A DNA stretch of 63,080 nt, the filler included, from Jimgerdemannia flammicorona (Eukaryota): the NCBI GenBank assembly GCA_003990765.1. It is 3 parts of 3 records of this genome, joined end to end, with 100 filler letters (N's around TTAATTAATTAA, not from the genome) between each part and the next. Parts side by side here need not be neighbours in the genome. Positions count along the whole stretch, not along the records: positions 21,063 to 42,022 come from RBNJ01001558.1; 2 more parts are not named here. The stretch is one strand, 5' to 3'. The translations under genes and the position numbers were made by a program. The notes under the pieces are model-generated. The model was not told the DNA's origin, did not search any database, and saw nothing but the letters and a program-made list of their open reading frames with translations. Positions 26,752-38,006 of the stretch are shown one piece after another (position 1 is the first letter of the stretch; each line of letters starts with the position of its first letter).

Positions 26752-28269
26752 GCATCTCTCTCTGCTACAATTCATGTTACATACACTTTTATAACACACT
26801 TTCACATCATTTATTAGAGAAAGGTATTAAGGTAATATCAACCAGCAAGCAAGCTGATGTATGTGCTAGGTTAGATAGACCTGGAGTTCAACTGGCAGTA
26901 TATTGGATGAGGATATGGACTGGAGATGGGGTCTTTCAGTGGTCTGAGTGGATAGGGCAGCTCAGGTAGTAAAAGTGGCACTAGTGGTGGGGCTGAAGGG
27001 TAGGCAGAGAGGAGTTTTATAGATATGCTGAGGGGTGGTAGTTGGTCAGTAAAGACTCAGAGTGGACAGACAGGAGGGAAGAGAAAGCAGAAGATTGGAG
27101 AAGCTAGAGGAGCTAGAGATTCTGGACCTTAGCAGGTAGGTAGTAGGGCTAGTGGAGTGGCTGCTGGGAGTAATGGTGGGACTGCTGATGGTGGCATGAC
27201 TGGGAATCTGGAAAAAAATCCAGATGTGACTGCTGATGGTTGGGCTGGGCAGATGGGCTCAAAGTAGAAGGGGGACCTGGCTGATAGTATGATAGAGCTA
27301 GCAGTGGCACTATTACTCAAGAAGTCAATTTCAGAGTTTGCAGCTACCTTGTGCTTCCAGGGCTTAGCAGTGACTATAAGGATGGTCCTGAGGCTTATCT
27401 TGTAGCAGATGGCTGGGGCAGCCTCAGTGAAGTTTCTGAAGGGGCTGGTGTAATAACTCTCACTTCTACCCCTCTCTTATTCTTTGGATAATTAGGGAAG
27501 TAGACTATTACTTAGAGACTTAGTACACAATGTGTACCAAGAAGCCTTCAGTTTGAGAAAGTACTTGCTTATAAGTAAGTATAGCAGCAGTACCTTATCT
27601 TTCAAAGGTCTTTCTCTATTGCCCTATTTCGAGGGTCTTGTTCTTTGCTGTACACAAACTGAATTCACCTTGGAATTCAGATTCAATGGGTTTACTTAAG
27701 TCTTTGGAGATTTATATACCAGTCTCAGTTCTGGCAGAAATTAGCTATGCTTTTGGAGTTTAGTCAGAAACACTAGAGTCACTTAGGTATCATTACTAAG
27801 ACTCAGGGGAATATGTGTGTGTGGGGGAGACTTGATTCTTATATCAAGGACTGAACTAAAACTGCTTTATTTCAGATAGAAACTGGGGGATATTTATACA
27901 AGTTGGTCTGTGATTTCTGACTAAGTATGAGTGACTAATTTGGTAACTATAATGAGGTTTGTGATCATGACCTTTGTTAGGTGGTTTTTGGCAAAAACAA
28001 CTTTGTGATCAGGACCTCAATTACTAGGTAATGATTAGCTACTGTGGTAGCTGTTGCTGTAGTGCCAATTGTTAAGGGTAAGCTGGATATTATTTTCCAT
28101 GTTATTTTACATCATTCACATCATTCGTCATTTGTAATTTGTATATTGCACTTCATTTGTATGATGATATCATCACTGCCAGGTCATGTGATTGCTCATC
28201 TCATCATGTCCCATCTGTTCATTCATTTGTATCTTGTCTGTTCTATTACATTCTTTTCTCCTTAAAAAT

Positions 28270-29260
28270 CAACATTCTCATTGATTCAGAAATTGAGAAC
28301 TAGGGGAGAGAAAGGTGCAAAATCCTCCTCTGAGTTGTTATCATCTTCTTCAGTGATAGGGGGGGTGGTTGCTGATGGCTTGCTGTCCAGGATGGAGAAG
28401 TCAATGAGATTTGCAAATAGTTCTTGCATAGGGATGGGTGCTGGTGTAGGGGTTCTCCATCTAATGTCCTAGGTCCTGGCTGGAGAGGTTAAGGGCCTCT
28501 GAGCAGTGGTTCCTTCCTTAGATAGCAACTTGGATGTATCCAAAGAGGCAGTCAACCTGGCTTGAGAGGGGCTGACTATAGTGGGCAGTTTGGCAGCAAG
28601 TAGCTTGGTTGTGGATAGCAGGCATTCTTGTCTTATCTTTTCTTTGTGAGGAGAGAGAGATGAGGGTTGCGGGATATTCTTGCCTTGGGTATTTATACTT
28701 ATTCACCCATCTAGTGTGATCTTCTTTTGGTAATACTTTCTGACAAAATGTATAACCTGTTGCTGTAAGTGAGATATGTACTGATCACATGAGAAAATCC
28801 TGATTTCAAAGATATCGACACTCGTGGATATGGTTATACAGGGTTAACAGGTCTTGGTCCACTTTTTTTTTGTCTGGTTGATATATTTGTGAGGACTGGC
28901 CAACCTTGTCTAGGGTGAGAACTCCCATTATCACAGCTGGGGGTTCGAACCTCTCAGAAATAGACTTTTCTTGTAATCTGAGGCAATTCCTAAGTAACAA
29001 TATCTATCACATAGATGGACTTAGACTGGTTTCAACATCACCAGCTTTCCTAAGTTCTATATAAAGCATCTGTCATCATCCAGCAGAGATGATACAGATG
29101 GCATAAAATGGAGTTGTTCAAATATATTTTGCTGTAATATGCTAGATTGTTCTTTTGCTAGAGCATCCTCTTGTTGGTTATCCATAGTGTTCCTTTTTTT
29201 CACAATGTTTAGTATTATATATTTCCAGATAAAATATGTGGTATCCTTCTGCTCACTGTG
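28270..29260 (-). pseudogene. Possible extra ORF of family B between chromodomain and PPT
   Basis: Same-frame ORF pieces 28806-29000 and 28518-28706 continue into an acidic tail (ANLIDFSILD...EEDDNNSEEDF); no recognised domain. Confidence 0.45.
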
Positions 29261-29271
29261 TGCTCTAATAC

Positions 29272-32200
29272 TTAGAGCTGTAGTTCTTTCCTTTGCTGGA
29301 GAGTGAGTGTTTCCATGTAGTCCTGGAGGGCTTTATGTATATTCTTCAGGGCTTCTTCTTTTTCCCAGGTGGTGTCATGAGTGGAGTAACCCTTCCACTT
29401 GATCAGGAAAAACCGCTTGACTGTTTTGGGGTATTTGTGGACCTTGTGGTCAAGTACTTCCTTAATTTTGAATTCCTCATGATCATTGATCCTAATTAAG
29501 GGTGGTGGTGGAACTGTATGCTCGGGGAATGGATTCTCATAGTAGTTCACTAATTGGCTGATATGGAATACTGGGTGTACCTGGATATTGTCGGGGAGTT
29601 GCAACTTATAGTTGACTTCACTGATTTTTTCCAAGATCTTATATGGTTCAATTCTTCTAGTGCAGAGTTTCTTGGCTGGTTGTTGTGCTAGAGTGTCTGG
29701 GTGGAGATAGTCTGTTCTAAGCATAACTGTGTCACCAATATTGTAGGAGGCTTCTCTTCACTTCAAGTTTGCATACTTGGTCTGGTAGTCTTGTACTTCT
29801 ATGAGAGCATCTCTTGTCATTCGCGTAAGGTCAGAAATTGTCTCAGCCAGATCTTGGGCTACTAGGACTGCTGATTTCACAGTAGTACTTAGGGTCCTTG
29901 GGTGTTGACTATGGTTCAGGAAGAATGGAGTCTTCTTCATAGAGGTTTGCTGACTGTTGTTATAGACAAACTCAGTATGGGCTAGGTACTTGTCCCAATC
30001 ATTTTGCTTATAATAGCAGAAGATACTAAGCATCTGTTTGAGAGTCCTGTTGGTTCACTCAGTTTGACCATCAGTCTGAGGGTAGTAGGCAGTAGAGAAC
30101 TTCAGCTTGATTCCATGGAGAGAGAAGAATACCTTCTAGGAGTTGCTTGTGAACTTGACATCTCAGTCAGATACAATAGTACTAGGCATACCATGTAGTC
30201 TGAATACTTGATTGAGGAAAATCTCAGCAATCTCTGGTACTGTAGCAGTAGTCTTGGTTGGTACAAAATAGGCTTGCTTACTTAGGTGGTTCACGAATAC
30301 CATAATAGCATCCCATCCTGCCTTAGTTTTGAGGAGTTGGACAATGAAGTCCATTGCAATCTGACCCCAGTTGTGGCTTGGGATAGGCAAGGATTACAGG
30401 AGTCCTGCTGGTAGCTTGTTGCCACTTTTGAATCTTTGGCACATCTTGCATGAGGCCATAAAGTCTTTGATGTTCTTAGTCATCTTTGGCCAGTAAAACT
30501 CTCTTGAGAGGAGGTTGTATGTCTGTTCAAAACCAAAGTGTTCTGCTGCAGGAGTGTCATAGAGTTCCTGCATGATCTTGAGTCACAGAGTATCATTGTT
30601 GAGTACAATCACTCTATCATGATCTCTGTAGATAAGTCTATCATGGTAAGTGAATCTCTTGGCCATTTGCCTCAGGGGTTCTGGGACCTCAGCTTCTGGG
30701 TCTTGGCAGTATTGAAGGAATTTCATCAGGGGGCTGTCTTGCTGGTAGCTATCCTTGATCATCTGGGTGAGGTCTCCAATTACCTAACCATGAAGACAAG
30801 TTTATCTTCCATATATCTGGAGAAACCATCAGCCACACAGTTAGTTTTGCCAGGGATATACTTGATTTCCATATCAAAGTTGGCAATGATTTCCATCCAG
30901 TGGGCTTGTCTGTGAGTCAGCATGGGCTGTGTGTAAATATACCACAGAGCATAGTGATCAGTATAGGTCACAAATAATTGCCCTAGGAGGAAATGGCACT
31001 ATTCCTGGAGTACAGTAACAATGGCCAGGAGTTCCTTCTCATGGGTGATATACTGGGTCTCAGCTAGTTTGAGCTTTTGGGAAAGGTAGGCCACTGGGCA
31101 GTCCTCTTGGCTGAGCACTACTCTAATAGCAATGTCAGAGGCATCTGTGGTCAGAGTAAATAATCTGGTAGGGTCAGGTACAATTAGTACTGGGGCCTCA
31201 ATAAGGAGTCTCTTGAGATGGCCCATAACCAGGGTGTATTCAGAGGTCCATTCAGTTTTGATGTTTATGTCTTTGTAGGCCAGGCTGGTCAGTGGGGCTG
31301 CAATAGCAGAGTATCCTTGGATAAACCTTCAGTAATACCCAGCAATACCCAGAAAGTGCTGGAGTAGCTTGAGGGTTGTGGGGATAGGGATATCCTTAAG
31401 GGCAGATACCTTTCAGGGGTCTACATTAATACCTTCAGCAGAGATGATATGTCCTAGATATTCAATCTGGTCCTGATAGAACTTGCACTTGCTCATCTTG
31501 GTATAGAGCTGATATTCTTGCAGAAGGATCAGTACCTGTCTGAGGTGGGTGTAGTGTAGCTCTACTGTCTTACTGTAGATTAGTATATCATCAATATACA
31601 CAAGGACACAGATGTTGAGGAGTGGTCCAAAGATATCATTCATCAGATACTGGAATGTTGCTGGTGCATTGATCAATCCAAAGAGCATGACTCAGAACTG
31701 GTAGTATCCAAACCATGTTTGGAAAGTTGTCTTCTCAATGTCCTTTTCATCAATGAGAATCTGGTGGTAGCCATTTCGCAAGTCTAGTAGGGAAAAGGTC
31801 TTGGCCTTGAAGATTTGGTGTAGCAACTTATCAATCCTAGGCAAGGCATACTAGTTCTTGATGGTGATCTTGTTGAGGGCTCTGTAGTCAATACATATTC
31901 GCAGAGAGCCATCCTTCTTCTTGATAAATAGAATGGGGGCTCCAAATGGAGAGCAGCTGGGTTCAATGTATCCTTGGGCCAGTAGTTTGGTCAACTTATC
32001 CTTGAGGGTCTTAAGTTCAGATTGGGCCAGTTGGTAGATACTCTTGTATGGGAGTTCAGATCCTGGAATAAGATCAATTCCATGTTAGATTTGGTGCTTA
32101 GGCAGAAGTCCTTGGGGGTCTTGAAATATATCTTGGAATTCTTCAAACAGTTCTTGAGCTTCTGTTGGAATTGGGCTACTTGTAGCTCCAGTGACTTCTT

Positions 32201-35200
32201 GTACTGTACAGATGAAGTAGGTGTTTTCCTTTTTTCAAGAGAGTCTCTTCATTTGAATGGTATTGATGATTTCGATTTCTTGGTGGTTAGTACCTTTCTG
32301 GGGTATCAGGGTGATCTTTCTGCCTTCGTGAATCAGGTTCACCTTGTTGGTTCTCCAGTTGATGTCTGGGTTGTACTGGGTCAACCAAGCTTTTCCTAGG
32401 ATGATGTCTTATCTTGAGAGGTCTACAATACTGAAGTCCAACTTCTCTTGATATTTGCCAATCTTAAGCAAGAGATCTTCACAGATCTTGGTCAATAGTA
32501 CAGTTTTTCCATCACCAAAGGTAATACTTCTTTTTTCAGTAGCTGGCCTGCTTCAGGCTCCAATCCTCTTGGTGGTCTTAGTGCTGATGTAGTTTCTAGT
32601 AGCACTGCTATCAAGCAAAACATTGACATTCTGTCTGTGGACTTGGCCTGTGAACTTGATGCAACTGTCCTCCTTCTTGATGGTATTGAGCTCTTTATCT
32701 TCATTGTTGTCCCAATTACTGTCAGTCTCCTTGAAGTCAGTTTCTCTCCATCCTTTACAAGGAGGGTTGTCTTGTTTGGATTCCTCAGTCTGTTGGATTT
32801 GGTATTTCTCGGATTGAATTTTGAAAACTTTGGAGAGGTATGCATGGAATTCACCAATATATTCCATGCAGCACATTCTTATAGAATGAGGGCATCATCC
32901 ACATAGTGCATAACCATCTGCAATTCTCTTATACCAGTTTTCATCATCTTCCTTTATGGTAGTGACCTTTTGACTGGAAGGTTTGTTGGTAGATTCTAAC
33001 CTTTTCTTGCTATAGTCTGTGAGTTTGGGGACTTCTTTAATGGTGAGATCTTGATGGATTTCTTCAATGATTGCTTGGGCAATCCTTTGGTCTGTTTTGA
33101 CTTCAAATGATATATCTCCAAAATTTTGCAAGATGACACAGATTTTGCTAGTAAATTCTTGATCAACTACTCCTCCTCCTAGCCCAATGTTGAACTCTTT
33201 GGCTAGGCTGCTTCACTCAGTAAGGCAGATGTATGTACCTTTGGGAGCTTGCATTGCAATTCCTATTTACACTGTAGCATTGGTACTTGGTGGAATAGTG
33301 AGGTCTTGACTGCTATAGAGGTCATATCCAGCATTAGTTGGATGGGCCTTAGTGGGGATGGTAGCCTTGTACCATAACTTCTGTACTTTGATGACATTCT
33401 CAGGGTTCTTCTTTCCTGGACCTTCTCTAATAATAGTAATGTTCTGGTTACTGGGTTCACCTGTTTTGTTCTTCTTCTCAGGACATCAGAATGAGATATA
33501 TCTTGCCTTTTTGCAGATGAAGCACAATCCTTTTTCATGGAGCTGCTTCTTTTCATTCTTGGTGGGAGGCCTGGGTCCTCTGGGGTTTTGCTAGTTCCTT
33601 TTATCATTCCTTTGATCATATCTTTGATCACTCCTTTGATCATTTCTCCTGGTAGGATTTCTTCTATCTTAGTTATCCTTCTTGTATTTTTGATTTCGTG
33701 GGGCTTGTGTAGCAAGGATTTCATGGGCTCTTCTTTGTACTTGGGCAAAGCACCATGAGTAGTGGGGGCATTCTTGGAAAAGACCTTGTTCCTTGATCTT
33801 CTGGGTGAGCCAGTCTGGTAGGGCTGCAAAAAGGTGGTTGGCTCTAGTACCATTGATGGCAAAGTTGTTCTCCTGGTAGGTAAGTCCAACAGTTTTGAGG
33901 TAGGCATCTATTCTGGTGGCAAAGGTCTCTAGATCCTCTTTACTATTCTTGTGAAACTTCATCTGGGAAAGCTTGTTCTAAGTTTCTTGTATATAGGCCA
34001 CATTTTGGAATTTGGTTAGTAGCAAGGCCTTGAGTTCTGGGCCTGCTTCATAGTCATCCCAACCTGGTCTGTTGTTGGCAGGTACTTGTCTATTGACTTG
34101 AGGGTGGACTTCCCAGGTTACTGGGTGTTGTTCTAAGGTTTGCCAGAATTCAGCTACTGTTCCAGTAAAGAATGTGACTACTGTTTCTACTTGTGCTGCT
34201 GATGTGGCAAATAGTTATTGAAGGGTGCTGTTCTGGTTATTGGTGAGCATTACTATAGGCACTCAGTTGTCATTCCATTGGTTTGCTCAGTAGCCTGTAT
34301 CAACTGTATTGATGAAGTTTTCAATGTTGCTGTTTTTTCCACTGAATGTTGGAATTCACAAGGTCTTAGTTGGCTTGTTCTGTTCAGCAATCTGTCCTAC
34401 TATCCCTGCTAGTACCACTAGCTAGATAGTCAGTGCTGCAATATTAATATTTATTATTGTATTGACTATTGGTGGTGGGCTTGTTTGGGTAGATTCTCCT
34501 GAAAATTGATCTGCTTGGTGGGGTTGTAGTGCTGTATAACTTAGGATTACTTGGTTTCCAGATATCAGATCAAAGAGTCCTGTGAGAGAGAGTAAACCAA
34601 ATCTTTATATAGGTGGCTGAGTTGGTTCTGGGGTCTGATCTTCTTGGCCTGTAGTTCCTTGGTAAATTTCTAGGCCTACTGTTCCTAGTTGGCTATTGTC
34701 AGACTGGTAACCTGTAGAGTCTTCATCTGACTCTCTTCCCTGATGAGATAGTGCATTCTCATACTAGCTAGATCCTTCAAAGAGGATATCAGTCTCTGGC
34801 TGGGTAGATGGGCCTACTTCTTATTCAGCAGTAGGAGATGGTTGGCCTGCTTGCTCATTCTCATACCTAGTTATAGCAGAGGCATAGTTTACAACTAGTC
34901 TGTAGTAGAGGGAGGTCTTGGTAGGGATATGATATCTATCAGAGGCAATCCACTCGGCAGCTGCTTCTCTTATAGTAGGGGGTGTGATATAATCTAGAAA
35001 ATTCTGGATGGCTGTAGCAGTAGATTCTGGGGTCCTAGTAGTTCCAATGTATCCTTAGAGGAGTTCGTAGAACCTATCACAGCTGACAATATTCCTAAGT
35101 CCTGGGTGGTATGTCCTAAAGACCTGGTATAGATCCTTGTAAGCCTGGTCAATTATAAGCTAGTGGGTCCTTGGGTCTGTGGTTTCCTGGTACCATCTGG

Positions 35201-35230
35201 TTCTAATAGCAAGGACTTCTCTAGCTCTGG
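29272..35230 (-). pseudogene. Family B gag-pol with integrase C-terminal chromodomain
   Basis: Chromodomain EFKIKEVLDHK...FLIKWKGYSTHDTTWE; integrase IAMDFIVQL, VSD; RT FGLINAPATFQ, YIDD; RNase H TTDASD; protease LLDSSAT; 5' end approximate. Confidence 0.93.
32985..33400 (-). pseudogene. dut: dUTPase domain of family B, between Zn knuckle and protease
   Basis: NAGYDLYS, SSLA, GGVVDQ, RIAQAII. Confidence 0.9.
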
Positions 35231-38006
35231 TTTGAGGATCTACAGTTAATTTTGGGGGTTACTCCTGTCCAAGGTTGGTCTTGTTCCAACTTCAGGAGTA
35301 TGTTCTTTGGTGCCTTCTTGGCTGGTAATCTACTGCTACCAAGTTGTAATAACTCTCACTTCTACCCCTCTCTTATCCTTTAGATAATTAGGGAAATAGA
35401 CTATTACTTAGAGACTTAATACACAATGTGTACCAAGAAGCCTTCAGTTTGAGAAAGTACTTGCTTATAAGTAAATATAGTGGCAGTGCCTTATCTTTCA
35501 AAGGTCTTTCTCTGTTGCCCTATTTTGAGGGTCTTGTTCTTTGCTGTGCACAGAATGAATTTGCCTTGGAATTCAGGTTCAATAGGTTTACTTAAGTCTT
35601 TGGGGATTTATATACCAGTCTCAGTTCTGGCAGAAGTTAGCTAGGCTTCTGGAGTTTAGTCAGAAACACCAGAGTCATTTAGGTATCATTACTAAGACAA
35701 AGGGGAATGTGTGTGTGTGGGGGAGACTTGATTCTTGTATCAAGGACTGAACTAAAACTGCTTTATTTCAGATGGAAACTGGGCGGTATCTATACAAGTT
35801 GGTCTGCGATTTCTGACTAAGTATAAGTGACTAATTTGGTAACTATAATGAGGTTTGTAATCATGACCTTTGTTAGGTGGTTTTTGGCAAAAATAACTTT
35901 GTGATCAGGACCTCAATTACTAGGCAATGATCAGCTGCTGTGGCAACTATTGCTGCAGTGCCAATTGTTGGAGGTAAGCTGGATATCATTTTCCACATCA
36001 TTTCGCATCATTTGTATCATTCATCATTCATAATTCGTATGTCACACTTCATTCATATGATGACGTCATTGCCACCAGGTCACGTGATCACTTGTCTCAT
36101 CATATCTCATCTGTTCATTCATTCGCATCTCATCTGTTCTATTACAGCTGGAGAGGGTTGAGGTGGGCTTTGAGGAGGCAGGCCCACTGGAGAAGGTACT
36201 GAAAAATAGAGTGGTGGTTGGGGAAGTAGTAGTCTCTATAGTACAATATCTTAGATAAGACCCCAGAGTGGTATAATTACTAGTGAAGGAGGTGTCTATA
36301 GTGATGAAGGTTGAGACTAGGAGAAGGGTAGAGAAGGTGATGGTGGAGTATGGTGATGTAGTGGATATTGACTTTCAGGTATGAGAGGGGACTACAATTA
36401 AGACAGGTGACAGAAGCTGAAGAGAAGGGACTAGCTGCAGAATATGACTTAGACTTGGTATAGGAGGACCTAAATGTGGATTAGTAGTAGATGAGTGCAA
36501 TAAATAATAGTATTTTTTATGAATAGTATAACTAACATTTTCTCTCTAAATGTGAATAGGTTACAGGGTTCTGGGTAGTGTAAGAACATTTTTACTTGTC
36601 TCAAAAAATTGGAGGCTGATCTCTTCTTACTATAGGATGTACCATATAAGAATGTAGATGATTGGATAGAGTGGACTAGAGAATGGGGTGGGGCTACTGC
36701 TTAGTTTGACAAAGTGGTAATTCTGATGAAGAAGAGTAGAGGAGACTTAAGGGAAATCAGGAGCTGGGGTGATCATTTAGTCTGGGGAGAATGGCATCAG
36801 GCAGGGTGGGAATCAGTAAGGGTGGACTTCTGCTATTGCCCTATAGTTAGGGGCAAGAGGATTATATGGATTAGAGAGCTGCTGGAGGAGGGTATTTTCT
36901 TAGAGGAAGGAGTCGATGTTCTTGGTAGTGATTTTAATATGGTTCGAGATCTGTGACTGGATAGATCTGATAGAGGGAGATATACAGGTGGGAGAAGTGG
37001 TGGTCTGAATGCATGGGAGGAGGTGGAGAATCTTAGCTCCTTATGGAATATAAGCAGAACACAGTAGGGTAGGGTCTACACCTATTGGATAAATGGCTTA
37101 GGCATGAAGATTTACTGGATTCTGATGGCTGAATATTGGGGTGCTAATATCTGGAAGACTTTAGAGGTGACATGGTGCCTATGGTCTGATTACTGAGAAC
37201 TGTTAGGGCAGAGGTAGTTTGGGAGGAGTAGAGATAGACCTAGAAATTAGTATCTTAACTCCTTTCTGCTAGCTGAGAAGAGGTTGTGGGACTTATGGGT
37301 GGAGGACATCCAGGCAAAGATTCCTGTCTGGGGGCATGAGGGTCTATCTGTGGGTATCTGTTGGATGAGATTAAAAGAGACCACAAGGGTCTATTGGAGA
37401 GGAGCTGGTAGAGAGGCTGGGAGACAGAGGAGGAAGCATATATAGTATACTTCAAATAGGCTGATGAGATTGCAGATAAAATGGACTAATTTGCTTATTT
37501 CTGATAAGGTGGAGGATTGGAGGTTAGAGTGGGTGAAATTGGAGATAGTGGAACTGCAACAGGTGTTGAGAGAGGAGAAGGAGACTCATATGTGAGGTAT
37601 GGCTGCCAGGCTATAGTGGCAGGGGCTTGAGGAGGAAGAGCAGCCTACTAGGTACCTGTCTAGGCTCCTCAAAGCTAGGAGAGTGTGATATCAGTGGGAT
37701 GGAGTCTTTGGTGCTGAGGGAGATATGGTGTATGGCATGAAACAGATCTTGGAGGTCTTAAAGGAGTGATGGTGGGGTCTGTGGAGTGAGGAAGAAGGGG
37801 GTGCTGATAAAGAGACAATTGGAGATATACTGGAGGAGTGGGAGCTGCTGTAGATAGAGAGACTGGGTGACTTGATCTTATCAGTTCAAGAGGAGGAGAT
37901 CCTGAGAGTCCTTGTGGCAACTAAGCTTGAAATGGTACTAGGGGAGGATGGGTTACCTTGGGATTTCTGGAAGAAGATAACAAAGGTCCTTGGAGTGTTA
38001 GGAGAG

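Larger units (their letters stand above)
27449..36146 (-). mobile_element. Ty3/Gypsy chromovirus family B (gag-dUTPase-PR-RT-RH-IN-chromodomain), full length, inactivated
   Basis: LTRs 27449-28250 and 35345-36146 (TGTAAT...ATTACA); 5-bp TSD GCTGG; PBS TGGTAGCAGTA 35331-35341 (tRNA-iMet type); PPT AAGGAGAAAAGAA next to 28250. Confidence 0.95.
26752..38006 (+). mobile_element. LINE copy (26752-27448 plus 36152-38006) interrupted by Gypsy B and then Gypsy D
   Basis: ORF1 KFLKGL|E..EVGFEEAGPLE continues across the GCTGG TSD; internal ORF1 deletion at ~36410; APE at 36520-37260; GEDGLPWDFWKK just before 38007. Confidence 0.88.
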
